DNA from: Endomicrobiales bacterium
GTDB lineage: Bacteria > Elusimicrobiota > Endomicrobiia > Endomicrobiales > JALOBY01
Reading direction: 5' to 3'
NCBI GenBank assembly: GCA_963796955.1
Contig: CAWCNJ010000011.1
Coordinates: 1-64,000 of the forward strand
DNA length: 64,000 nt
The notes beneath the pieces were generated by a model. The model worked only from the letters and a program-made list of their open reading frames with translations. It did no database searches and was not told the DNA's origin. The first letter of the stretch is position 1; the number at the start of each line of letters is the position of its first letter. The position numbers and the translations under genes are program-made. Shown here in pieces: positions 29,255-38,651 of the stretch.

Positions 29255-29599
29255 TTACGCCTGCGGCCCGGTGAAGGTCTCAGCTTTTTTGGTAGTATCG
29301 GATGGGGCGTATTTGTTGTTCATATCCAGACACTTCTTGGGGCAAACTTCAACGCACAGGCCGCAGCTGATGCAGCGCATGCGTTCTATGGTCCAGCCCT
29401 TTTTTGTTTTATCTACAACGATAGCGCCTGTTGGGCACTTTTTGGAACAGATGCCGCAATAAATGCATTTTGAAGAATCTATATTTATGCTGCCTCTTGT
29501 GTTCTTATACATCACCTGCGGCTTGAAGGGATACATTTTGCAGGGTGAAGCTTTAAAAGCGCTGCCGATGATAGTTTTCCAGAAGGTAAAAAGTCCCAT
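29255..29599 (-). CDS. echF: Ech hydrogenase ferredoxin-like subunit F
   Basis: Two CxxCxxCxxxCP motifs; position in the ech cluster. Confidence 0.9.
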   Translation of the reverse strand: MGLFTFWKTIIGSAFKASPCKMYPFKPQVMYKNTRGSINIDSSKCIYCGICSKKCPTGAIVVDKTKKGWTIERMRCISCGLCVEVCPKKCLDMNNKYAPSDTTKKAETFTGPQA

Positions 29600-29617
29600 G
29601 ATGTTTATCCTTATAAT

Positions 29618-30697
29618 TTATCTTTCGGTGCAGCTGATGCACGGGTCGATGGTCAGAACCAGAATGGGCACATCGGCCAGTTCGCAGCCCTGCAATATCT
29701 TTGTCAGCGGAGGAATGTTGGCGAAGGTCGGGGTGCGCACGCGCATGCGATCCAACAGCCTGGTTCCGTTTCCTTTCACGTAATAGATCACTTCGCCTCT
29801 GGGCTGCTCCGTGCGGGCGAAGAATTCGCCGGTCGGGGTGCCGGTCACTTTAACGTCTACCGGGCCGTCGGGCATTTTTTCCACGCAGCGGCGGATAATG
29901 TCTACCGACTGGAAAAGCTCGCCGATGCGCACTTTGGTGCGTGCGTAAGAATCTCCGGCGGTGTCGATTATAGGCTGTATCTTTATGTCTTTGAAAGCGG
30001 CATAGCCGAGCAGGCGCATATCCTGATTAACACCGCTGGCACGGGCCATAGGGCCTACCGCTCCAAGGGCGTAAGCATCTGCTTTTGAAAGCACACCGAC
30101 GCCTGTGGTGCGGTGCTTTACTGATTTGTCGTTAAGGAAAGTGTCGGCGATCTCTTTGATCTCTTTTTCTATGTCAAGGAGAGTACCCATAATACGTTTC
30201 AGCGTGTCGTTATCAATATCCTTACGCACACCGCCAACCTTGGCAGAGCCGAATATAACGCGGCCGCCGGTGGTTTCCTCTATGATATCAAGTATCTTTT
30301 CGCGTATACGCCAGCTGTGCATGAAAAGGCTTTCGAAGCCGAAAGCGTCGGCGATCAAGCCCATCCACAATAAGTGGCTGTGCAGGCGGGACATCTCGCC
30401 CCAGATCGTGCGCAGGTAAAGCGCCCTGGCAGGTACCTGTATCTGCATGATCTCTTCTATCGCCTGGCAGTAGGTCATGCCGTGGATAAAGCTGCAAATG
30501 CCGCAGATGCGTTCCGCGACAAAAACGAAATCAGCAAAATCTTTTTTCTCGACAAGCTTTTCAAGGCCGCGGTGAATGAATCCGATAGAGGGAATAGCTT
30601 CTATAACTTTTTCGTCTTCAATGACCAGGTCCAGGTGGATGGGCTCGGGCAATACCGGGTGCTGTGGGCCAAAAGGGATAATAGTGCGATTGCTCAT
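29618..30697 (-). CDS. echE: Ech [NiFe]-hydrogenase large subunit (group 4)
   Basis: GPQHP, HRGLEK, ERICGICS, C-terminal DPCISCTER with no cleavable extension. Confidence 0.95.
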   Translation of the reverse strand: MSNRTIIPFGPQHPVLPEPIHLDLVIEDEKVIEAIPSIGFIHRGLEKLVEKKDFADFVFVAERICGICSFIHGMTYCQAIEEIMQIQVPARALYLRTIWGEMSRLHSHLLWMGLIADAFGFESLFMHSWRIREKILDIIEETTGGRVIFGSAKVGGVRKDIDNDTLKRIMGTLLDIEKEIKEIADTFLNDKSVKHRTTGVGVLSKADAYALGAVGPMARASGVNQDMRLLGYAAFKDIKIQPIIDTAGDSYARTKVRIGELFQSVDIIRRCVEKMPDGPVDVKVTGTPTGEFFARTEQPRGEVIYYVKGNGTRLLDRMRVRTPTFANIPPLTKILQGCELADVPILVLTIDPCISCTER

Positions 30698-31050
30698 TAT
30701 TTTTTCTCCGGGTTAAAGGCATGTTTTACGGCCGTACGGTAGAGCCCGCCCTTAAAGTCAACCGCTATGCCGGCTATATCTACGCCGAACAGGTCGTGCA
30801 TCTCGTTCTCATAAAGGAAAGCGCCCCAGTACACAGCGGTTATGCTGGGTAGTTGCGGATTTGCCGCCGGCTGCGTTACGCGCAGGTTCTCAAATTTATA
30901 ATCTTTATCGAAAGAATAATTTATCTCCAGCTTGTCGGCGAGTTTGGTAACGCCTACCTGCACCAGCCTGAAGCCGTTATTTTTGTATTCCTGAACCCTA
31001 GACACCAGTTCGTTAGACTCTATCGGAATGATCTTTTGTTCTTCTATCAT
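30697..31050 (-). CDS. echD: Ech subunit D (NuoC-like)
   Basis: LPSIT, AFLYENEMHDLFG. Confidence 0.9.
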   Translation of the reverse strand: MIEEQKIIPIESNELVSRVQEYKNNGFRLVQVGVTKLADKLEINYSFDKDYKFENLRVTQPAANPQLPSITAVYWGAFLYENEMHDLFGVDIAGIAVDFKGGLYRTAVKHAFNPEKK

Positions 31051-31484
31051 ATTGTCGCCTCGCTCATTTTCTTCTTCTTTTCTTCCAGCACTCCAAGCCC
31101 TTTAACAACGCCGTCGATAATAGATTCGGGGCGCGCAGCGCAGCCGGGAACATACACATCCACCGGTATAACCTTATCAACACCGCCGGAAACGTTATAG
31201 CATTCCGCGAATATGCCGCCGCTGGTCGCGCAAATACCTATCGCGACGACCACTTTAGGATTGGGCATCTGGTCATAAATGTTCTTTACGGCCGCCTTGG
31301 TCTGCTCATTAACGGAGCCGGTGATCAGCAAAATATCGGCGTGCTTAGGGTTGCCGGTATTAACGATGCCGAACCGCTCTATGTCGTACATGGGCGTCAG
31401 GCAGGCCAGCACCTCAATATCGCAGCCGTTGCAGGAGGTGGCGTCATAGTGAATGATCCAGGGTGATTTTTTAAGATAAGGCAT
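31047..31484 (-). CDS. echC: Ech small subunit C (NuoB-like)
   Basis: SCNGCDIE, GNPKHAD, GICATSGG, VYVPGC. Confidence 0.94.
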   Translation of the reverse strand: MPYLKKSPWIIHYDATSCNGCDIEVLACLTPMYDIERFGIVNTGNPKHADILLITGSVNEQTKAAVKNIYDQMPNPKVVVAIGICATSGGIFAECYNVSGGVDKVIPVDVYVPGCAARPESIIDGVVKGLGVLEEKKKKMSEATI

Positions 31485-31495
31485 TTGTTATTCCT

Positions 31496-32347
31496 TTATT
31501 TAGCGAGATAAAGCGCTACTATATTGCCCATGCCGAAGACGGCGGCCACGATCCAGGTGCTTTTTATCACCAGCTGCCATTTGAAGCGGGCGAAGGTGTT
31601 GTCTATGAATATTTCCAGAAGATATATTACAACTATAGCCGCCATTGCCAGCAGAAAATTATTCGCGAAGAAAAGGTAGACGAAGCCAAGCACTATGACC
31701 TTTTCATAAAAGTGCGCTATCTCTATCAGGCCAAGGCCCGGGCCCGAAAATTCCACCGTGATACCCTTAACTATTTCCTGATGGGCGTGATGCGAGGTGG
31801 AAAGGTCGAACGGCGATTTGCGCAGCTTGATAGTAAGCACGTATATAAGCCCGAAAAGAATGCCGGGCAGCACCAGCGCGAGCGAGCGGTTACCTGCTGA
31901 TATTTCGGCGATATTAAAACTGCCTGTCACCATGTACATGCCGATCGCCATGATTATGATCATCGGTTCAAAAGCCATCATCTGTATCAGTTCGCGTTCG
32001 GCGCCTATCTGGCTGAAGGGCGAGCTGGTGCGATATGCGCCAAGGACCAGAAAAACATCCGCAAGGGTAAGTGCGAAGATCACCAGCAGCAGATCTCCGC
32101 CGGTAAAGAACAAGCAGCCGGTGAATACTATGAACAACAGGAAGAAGAACACGTAAAAGTTCTGCGAGCGGCGGACCACAATGCTCTCTTTCTCAAAAAG
32201 CTTGAACACATCGTAAAAAGGCTGCAGCAGGGGAGGGCCGACGCGCCCCTGCACGCGGGCTGTCAGGATACGGTCCAACCCCGATATGATACCGCCGATA
32301 ATAGGAGCAAGCACGATAAAGCCGATAATGCCGAGAAAGGTTTTCAC
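31496..32347 (-). CDS. echB: Ech membrane subunit B (NuoH-like)
   Basis: ARVQGRVGPPLLQPFYD, KSPFDLS. Confidence 0.93.
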   Translation of the reverse strand: MKTFLGIIGFIVLAPIIGGIISGLDRILTARVQGRVGPPLLQPFYDVFKLFEKESIVVRRSQNFYVFFFLLFIVFTGCLFFTGGDLLLVIFALTLADVFLVLGAYRTSSPFSQIGAERELIQMMAFEPMIIIMAIGMYMVTGSFNIAEISAGNRSLALVLPGILFGLIYVLTIKLRKSPFDLSTSHHAHQEIVKGITVEFSGPGLGLIEIAHFYEKVIVLGFVYLFFANNFLLAMAAIVVIYLLEIFIDNTFARFKWQLVIKSTWIVAAVFGMGNIVALYLAK

Positions 32348-32361
32348 GAATTGATCCTTTT

Positions 32362-34245
32362 TTATTTAGTAACTAAGAATAGAGCCAATATAACAAGCGA
32401 AACGATAACGGCGCTGACGTTAAACAGCTTGCCTTCGCTGAAAAAGTTTTCCATGTAATAATTTTTCACGTTATAGGCGCGTTTGTTACCGAACGAATCG
32501 GTGAAATTATAATTATCGCCCGCGTTGGCTCCGCCCATATAGGCGCCCACCCGTTTTGTATCTTTGTTGTAAAACACAAAGGAGAGCGGGAACAGCATGA
32601 CGAGTCCCATCATGCAGGACATTATGACCATGTTGCCGCGGCCGATAGAGGTTACATAGCCGAAGACCTCATCAACATACGGTGTAATGAACGTAGACGA
32701 CATAAGCGGGAAGAAGGCGCAGACAAGCACGGTGGCGCTGGCAAGCAAGTACAGCGGGAACCATTCATCGCGGCTCACATTGTTCTCCAGTTTTTCGTCC
32801 GAAGGATCGCTCAGCACCGTCAGTATCTTTCCCATCCACTTTACCCAGAAGAACAGGGTTGCGGCGCTGCCGAAGGCTATCAAAACGCTGAGCAGCGGAT
32901 TGGTATCAACCAGGGCGCGCAAGACAGCGTATTTGGATATCAGCATACCGAACGGCGCTAGGAACATACCGGCCATACCTATAAGCATTATCACGCCAAG
33001 GCGTGGCATTCTGGCCGCCAGCGTTCCCATATCCTCTATGTTGCGGCTGCCGATCTTATGTTCGGCAACACCGACGGAAAGGAACAGGAGCCCTTTGGAT
33101 ATAGCGTGAAAAACGATAAGCATGATAGCCGCCCAGACCGCCTCGCCGGTACCGATGCCGCCGCACATAACTATCAAGCCGAGGTTGGCGATAGTTGAGT
33201 AGGCAAGAACTTTTTTAGCGTCGGACTGCGAAACCGCGATCAGAGAAGTGCTTAAGAAAGTGAGGCCGCCAACTAAAGCAATTATCAGGCCGGCAGTGGT
33301 TCCCTGCAGGACCGGGGCGAGTTTTATGATTATGAAGACACCGGCTTTGACCATCGTAGAAGAATGCAGCAACGCCGAAACGGGTGTCGGCGCTACCATG
33401 GCGCCCAGCAGCCATTTTGAGAACGGCATCTGCGCGGCCTTGGTAAGACCCGCGAAAGCTATCAACACCGCGGGCACCAGCATGCCGGCCTTACCGGCGA
33501 TTATCAGCTTATCCAGCTCAATAATGCCCAGGTGATTACGGGAATAAATAATGGCAAGGGTAAAAGCGATACCGCCCAGCAGGTTGAACGTCAGGGCGAG
33601 GAATGAATTGTTTATAGATTCGTTATTTTCTTTGTAGCCGATAAGCAGGAAGGAGGCGACCGTCGTAATTTCCCAGAAGAACAGCAGCCAGCCAAGGTGG
33701 TTGGCAAAGACAATGCCGAACATGGCCGAAAGGAAGGCGAAGAACACGAAGAAGAAAAAGTTACGTTTATCCTTCAGTTCCTCGTGGTAGTGATGATGGA
33801 ATTCCTTCATGTAGCCGACGCCGAATACGCAGATCAGTGTGCCGATAATGCCTATGATAAGCGCCATGATTATGCTGAATTTATCTACGTAGAGATTAAA
33901 ATCGGTTAAGAGATGTCCGCCGGAGAATTCCAGATAGACAACCAGGGCGGTTTGTACCGCAACAAGAGCTGTTACCAGGCTTTTCTTATGTTTTATGCTC
34001 AGCCACAGAAGGTACACGCTCAGCAGCATCTCAAGCGCGAACATAACCGTTGCCACCCATTCGAACTGCGCCGGAAAAAAGACCGCGTTATGGTTGAAGT
34101 ATTGGAAAGCCAGAATTACCGAGACGAGCGCGATAACCGCGGAAGAACCCTTAACTATCACGCCGCGCAGACCGTCGGAGTTCACGAACAGCAGGATCAC
34201 CGCCACCAGCAATGGGAACAAGATGAGGAACGAAAGTAATTCCAT
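32362..34245 (-). CDS. echA: Ech antiporter-like membrane subunit A
   Basis: FWEITT, KAAQMPFSKWL, AMVAPTPVSALLHSSTMVKAG. Confidence 0.93.
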   Translation of the reverse strand: MELLSFLILFPLLVAVILLFVNSDGLRGVIVKGSSAVIALVSVILAFQYFNHNAVFFPAQFEWVATVMFALEMLLSVYLLWLSIKHKKSLVTALVAVQTALVVYLEFSGGHLLTDFNLYVDKFSIIMALIIGIIGTLICVFGVGYMKEFHHHYHEELKDKRNFFFFVFFAFLSAMFGIVFANHLGWLLFFWEITTVASFLLIGYKENNESINNSFLALTFNLLGGIAFTLAIIYSRNHLGIIELDKLIIAGKAGMLVPAVLIAFAGLTKAAQMPFSKWLLGAMVAPTPVSALLHSSTMVKAGVFIIIKLAPVLQGTTAGLIIALVGGLTFLSTSLIAVSQSDAKKVLAYSTIANLGLIVMCGGIGTGEAVWAAIMLIVFHAISKGLLFLSVGVAEHKIGSRNIEDMGTLAARMPRLGVIMLIGMAGMFLAPFGMLISKYAVLRALVDTNPLLSVLIAFGSAATLFFWVKWMGKILTVLSDPSDEKLENNVSRDEWFPLYLLASATVLVCAFFPLMSSTFITPYVDEVFGYVTSIGRGNMVIMSCMMGLVMLFPLSFVFYNKDTKRVGAYMGGANAGDNYNFTDSFGNKRAYNVKNYYMENFFSEGKLFNVSAVIVSLVILALFLVTK

Positions 34246-34319
34246 GGTTTTTCCTTGTAAGTTATTCTATTTATCTTCAACAAAACGCTCTTCCGTTTGC
34301 CGGTAAGCGTTTAATTGAA

Positions 34320-34351
34320 GAGCCCCCCAGACCGTTCGGCCTGAGGGGCTC
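34320..34351 (-). terminator. GC-rich hairpin after hppA (weak terminator or RNA-stabilising stem)
   Basis: GAGCCCC...GGGGCTC stem with poor U tract. Confidence 0.5.
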
Positions 34352-34358
34352 AGAGAAT

Positions 34359-36737
34359 CTATTTTACTCTTAACGCCGTAAAGGAACGTATTACATAAAA
34401 TACTGATACCGCGAAGAAAACGACCGACAGCGTTAAGCTTACCTGACGGGTAAGGCCGATGGCCAGTTCCAGCGCCAGAAGGCCGAACAGCGTGGTGAAC
34501 TTAATGATCGGGTTAAGGGCAACAGAAGACGTATCTTTGAAAGGATCGCCAACGGTGTCGCCGACCACGGTCGCTTTGTGCAGTTCGGTGCCTTTTTCTT
34601 TCAGATCAACTTCAACGATCTTCTTGGCATTGTCCCATGCGCCGCCGGCGTTGGCCATGAATATGGCCTGATACAAGCCGAACACCGCGATAGAAACAAG
34701 GTAGCCGATGAAGAAGAAGGATTCAAGGCAGGCGAAAGACAGGGTCGTGAAGAAGATCACCATGAACAGATTGATCATGCCTTTCTGGGCATACACGGTG
34801 CAGATCTCAACGACTTTCTTGCTGTCTTCGGTGCTGGCTTTGTTAGTGCCGTCCAGCTTCATGTTCGCTTTAATGAACTCAACAGCTTTGTAGGCTCCGC
34901 AGGTAACGGCATGCATGGAAGCACCCGTGAACCAGTAAATAATGGAGCCGCCGGCGATAAGGCCCAGCAGGAACGGCGGATGCAGTATAGAGAGCTTATC
35001 GATGTTGACGGTAAGGTTCTGGGTAAGCATCACTATGATCGAGAAGATCATGGTGGTGGCGCCGACTACGGCCGTACCGATAAGAACGGGTTTAGCCGTC
35101 GCTTTAAAGGTGTTGCCGGCTCCGTCGTTAGCTTCCAGGTTATGTTTGCCCATTTCGAAGTTCGGTTCGAAACCGAAATCTTTCTTGATCTCGGCTTTGA
35201 TGTTCGGGAGGGTTTCTATAAGCGAAAGCTCATAAACTGACTGAGCGTTGTCGGTAACGGGGCCATATGAGTCAACTGCGATAGTTACAGGACCCATGCC
35301 GAGGAAGCCGAAGGCCACAAGGCCGAAGGCGAACACAGCAGGCGCGGTCATGATATCACCAAGGCCAAAGCCGCTGACGAAATATGCCATCGCCATAAGG
35401 CCGGTGATCGTAAGGCCCATCCAGTAGGCGCTGTAGTTACCGGCGGTAAGGCCGGCAAGGATGTTCAGGGATGCTCCGCCATTGCGCGAAGAAGAAACAA
35501 CGTTCTTAACAAAAGCGCTTTCAGTAGAGGTGAAGAGTTTGACCAGTTCCGGTATGACCGCGCCGGCAATGGTGCCGCAGGAAATGATGGTAGAAAGCTT
35601 CCACCACAGCGTGCCGTCGCCCAGGCTGCCGATAAGAGCAAAGCTCAAACCGTAGGTCACGGCTATCGAAACAAGGGAGGTTATCCAGACAAGGTTGGTA
35701 AGCGGCTGTTCAAAGTTGAACTTGGCGGCTTTGCCGTACAGAGCCTTTGAGATAACCGAGTTAATGCCGTAAGAAACCGCACTGGCTATAAGCATGGCAA
35801 GGCGCATTACGAATATCCAGACCAGCAGCTGCACCTGAATGACCGGTTCTTTTACCGCAAGGATGATGAAAGAAATAAGGGCAACGCCGGTTACGCCGTA
35901 GGTTTCAAAACCGTCGGCCGTAGGGCCTACCGAGTCGCCGGCATTGTCGCCGGTGCAGTCTGCTATAACGCCGGGGTTGCGGGCGTCGTCTTCTTTAATA
36001 TTGAATACTATCTTCATTAAGTCCGAGCCGATGTCGGCTATCTTGGTAAAAATACCGCCGGCGATACGCAGCACGGAGGCGCCAAGGGATTCGCCGATGG
36101 CAAAGCCGATGAAGCAGGGGCCGGCGTAGCTTGCGTCAACGAACAACAGAATGCAAAGCATGACCAGCAGCTCAACGCTGATAAGCAGCATGCCGATGCT
36201 GATACCGGAACGGCAGGGAATTTCGTAGGTCGGGTAGGGAAGGCCGCCGAGTGAGGCGAAGGCCGAGCGGGAGTTGGCATACGTATTGATGCGCATACCG
36301 AACCAGGCGACCAGGTAGCTGCCGCCTATACCAATTAAAGAACATACCACTATTAAAGCGACCTTAAAGGCTTCGAAGTGGCGAAGGTAGCCGAAATAAA
36401 CCACTATGATAGCGCCAAGCAGAAGTTCCAGCATAAGAATGAACTTGCCCTGGGTTATCAGGTAGGTTTTGCAGGTTTCATAGATGAGCTCTGAAACTTC
36501 TCTCATTGATTTGTGCACGGGAAGGTTCTTGATGCGCAGGAACTGCATAAGGCCGAAGAACAAACCGAATACGCAGATAAGCAATCCCCAGGTCAACAGG
36601 GAACGGCCGCTGATACCGCCAAAGAAAACAGAGCCGAGGTCCGGGAGCACCAGGTCGGATTCGCTGGCGAACGCGGTGGCGGCGCCGGCTAAAAGCATAA
36701 GGCTTGCAACAGAAACTTTCTTCAATAGATTCTTCAT
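34359..36737 (-). CDS. hppA: Membrane-bound ion-translocating pyrophosphatase, divergent K+-independent type
   Basis: GGIFTKIADIGSDL, EDDARNPGVIAD, GPVTDNA, GNTFKA, GGAWDNAKK, GDTVGDPFKDTS. Confidence 0.95.
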   Translation of the reverse strand: MKNLLKKVSVASLMLLAGAATAFASESDLVLPDLGSVFFGGISGRSLLTWGLLICVFGLFFGLMQFLRIKNLPVHKSMREVSELIYETCKTYLITQGKFILMLELLLGAIIVVYFGYLRHFEAFKVALIVVCSLIGIGGSYLVAWFGMRINTYANSRSAFASLGGLPYPTYEIPCRSGISIGMLLISVELLVMLCILLFVDASYAGPCFIGFAIGESLGASVLRIAGGIFTKIADIGSDLMKIVFNIKEDDARNPGVIADCTGDNAGDSVGPTADGFETYGVTGVALISFIILAVKEPVIQVQLLVWIFVMRLAMLIASAVSYGINSVISKALYGKAAKFNFEQPLTNLVWITSLVSIAVTYGLSFALIGSLGDGTLWWKLSTIISCGTIAGAVIPELVKLFTSTESAFVKNVVSSSRNGGASLNILAGLTAGNYSAYWMGLTITGLMAMAYFVSGFGLGDIMTAPAVFAFGLVAFGFLGMGPVTIAVDSYGPVTDNAQSVYELSLIETLPNIKAEIKKDFGFEPNFEMGKHNLEANDGAGNTFKATAKPVLIGTAVVGATTMIFSIIVMLTQNLTVNIDKLSILHPPFLLGLIAGGSIIYWFTGASMHAVTCGAYKAVEFIKANMKLDGTNKASTEDSKKVVEICTVYAQKGMINLFMVIFFTTLSFACLESFFFIGYLVSIAVFGLYQAIFMANAGGAWDNAKKIVEVDLKEKGTELHKATVVGDTVGDPFKDTSSVALNPIIKFTTLFGLLALELAIGLTRQVSLTLSVVFFAVSVFYVIRSFTALRVK

Positions 36738-36958
36738 GGCTACCTTTACCTTTGATTAATTTGTTGCGGCATTTGTCCGGCACAGACACGACAAGCAAAT
36801 AACAAACCGGGCTAAACACAACTTTGTGTTCAGGATCAGTTACTTCCACTCCGTTTTTTGGGAAAACCGGGGGTTGAAGGCGTGTGGGATGTACCTGAAA
36901 AAGACCTATGCATCGCAACTATTCCGTAGATTATACAAATTTGCCCCGGTTTTGTAAA
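36738..36958 (-). promoter_or_regulatory. hppA promoter and ~185-nt structured 5' leader (candidate cis-regulatory RNA)
   Basis: TTTACA-17-TATAAT (36958-36930); enclosing stem GTTGCGATGCAT/ATGCCGCAAC plus inner stems. Confidence 0.5.
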
Positions 36959-36994
36959 GAGGAGCGGTTGTCAATAGGCTACCTATTACTTTCG

Positions 36995-37023
36995 TTGACA
37001 AAGAGGGGTTCTTCTATTATAAT
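36995..37023 (+). promoter_or_regulatory. Consensus sigma70-type promoter of the FecR-domain gene
   Basis: TTGACA-17-TATAAT, 14 nt before ATG 37038. Confidence 0.8.
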
Positions 37024-37037
37024 GAGAGCGGGAATTT

Positions 37038-38639
37038 ATGAGGAAACTACTGCTTGCATTATCCATACTTTCGCTGCTGGGCGGCTATTGCCTTGCAGAG
37101 GTTAAGATCGGCTCAGTTTACGGCCAGGTAATGGTTTTCCACAACTCCCAATGGCTGGCCGCCGCCGCAGAAATGGAGCTGGGCGAGAAAGATATCGTAA
37201 AAACCCTTCCCGACAGCCGGGCCTCCCTGCTGGTCAACAACGCGACCCTGATATGGATCTCCCGCAATTCTCAGGTGGAAGTCTCCTCTCTTGATAATGG
37301 CAGTGTTTTCAGCGTGCTTATGGGCAAGCTGCGCGCGAAGGTGCGCAACCTGCAGGGCAGCAAATTCCAGATAAAAACCCCCATTTCAGTCGCATCGGTG
37401 CGCGGCACGGATTTCGCGGTGGATGCCGCCGGCATATTGAATGTTTTTGAAGGCCATGTTGATTTCAGCGCCCTGGACCTGACCCATATTGTTGAAGTCG
37501 TGGCCGGCCAGATAAATGAAATGAACGCGGGCCAGCCCGGAACCACGCGCGCCATGACGCCGGAAGAGCAGGCGGCTGCCAATGTGGAATGGTCCGGCTT
37601 TAGCGGCGACCCGACAAAGCAGGGCGCGGAGGGCGGCAATAAAAATAACGGTAAAAAAGATGATAAGACGAGTATGGAACGCATGCGGGAAGACCTGCAC
37701 AGCATCGTCAACGGGATCAAAACAGATGTCGTGGTCGCGCGGGAAACAACAAACGAGGTAAAGGACGCCGACCTTGCCTCCGGCCGTACCCTGCGCGATG
37801 TGAACGGCAATGTGGTACGCGTTGAACAACAGCTGCTGCGGCCCGATGCCAGCTCTATTGAACTGATAAATCTTACGAAACGTTCAAATTATACCTATGC
37901 CGACCGTCAGGGCTGGGTGCGCAGCTGGAATGAAACGATACCGAACGCCTCACGCCTGGATGTGGCGACGGTGCAGGTAAGCATGAACATGCCGCTGCCC
38001 TCGCAGTTAACCGATTGGCCCGCGTTCATACAGGCAAAGGGCGACGCCCTGCACCCGCAAACCGTTTCAATGGTCATGACCAATCAATCCGATATTATTC
38101 AAAATACCGGGGTCTGGAAGCTGAAAGGCCAGCCTGATTCAAAAGGTAATCCGCTGCAGGATGACGGGATAGTATTTGACTCTTACATCAACGGCTGGAA
38201 GGTGGACCAGAATTATAACGGCACGGGAGGCGTCGACAGGAACGGCTCGGCCAACAACGAACTCTGGGCCTGGGCGATATCACCGGACGTAAAGGTGGAC
38301 AAGGACGGCCAGACCAAATACCTGCGCCTTTACACTGAAGGCTATGTTATAAACAATAGCGGGAATATTATGAACCTGGCCGACATCACGAATTCTTCGG
38401 AAAACCCGTTCAGCTTCTTTAAAACGCTTGCCGCCGAAGACATTATCTTCGCGCGGGAGATCGCGAACCGGGCTACCGGCAGCACCGTCAGGTTTTTCAC
38501 CGGCAGCAACATAGATCTTGTCATTACCCCGGACATCGTGATATCCGTCGCCGAGAAGCTGGTATCCCAGACCAGCAACCTTCAGACAGACAGCAACAAT
38601 AATAACAACAACTCATCTAACAACACCCACAACCCCTGA
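37038..38639 (+). CDS. Secreted FecR-domain protein with a large unknown C-terminal region
   Basis: Signal peptide; KTLPDSRASL...FQIKTPISVASVRGTDF FecR motifs; poly-Asn tail. Confidence 0.85.
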   Translation: MRKLLLALSILSLLGGYCLAEVKIGSVYGQVMVFHNSQWLAAAAEMELGEKDIVKTLPDSRASLLVNNATLIWISRNSQVEVSSLDNGSVFSVLMGKLRAKVRNLQGSKFQIKTPISVASVRGTDFAVDAAGILNVFEGHVDFSALDLTHIVEVVAGQINEMNAGQPGTTRAMTPEEQAAANVEWSGFSGDPTKQGAEGGNKNNGKKDDKTSMERMREDLHSIVNGIKTDVVVARETTNEVKDADLASGRTLRDVNGNVVRVEQQLLRPDASSIELINLTKRSNYTYADRQGWVRSWNETIPNASRLDVATVQVSMNMPLPSQLTDWPAFIQAKGDALHPQTVSMVMTNQSDIIQNTGVWKLKGQPDSKGNPLQDDGIVFDSYINGWKVDQNYNGTGGVDRNGSANNELWAWAISPDVKVDKDGQTKYLRLYTEGYVINNSGNIMNLADITNSSENPFSFFKTLAAEDIIFAREIANRATGSTVRFFTGSNIDLVITPDIVISVAEKLVSQTSNLQTDSNNNNNNSSNNTHNP

Positions 38640-38651
38640 ACGCTTCTTTCC

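Noticed and set aside
29255..34245. Complex I (nuo) operon
   Set aside because: Large subunit has both Ni-binding CxxC motifs, the six-gene order is echA-F, and hypA follows
38594..38634. AAC-rich microsatellite as a phase-variation tract
   Set aside because: Imperfect, in-frame trinucleotide run encoding a poly-Asn tail; slippage would not shift the frame
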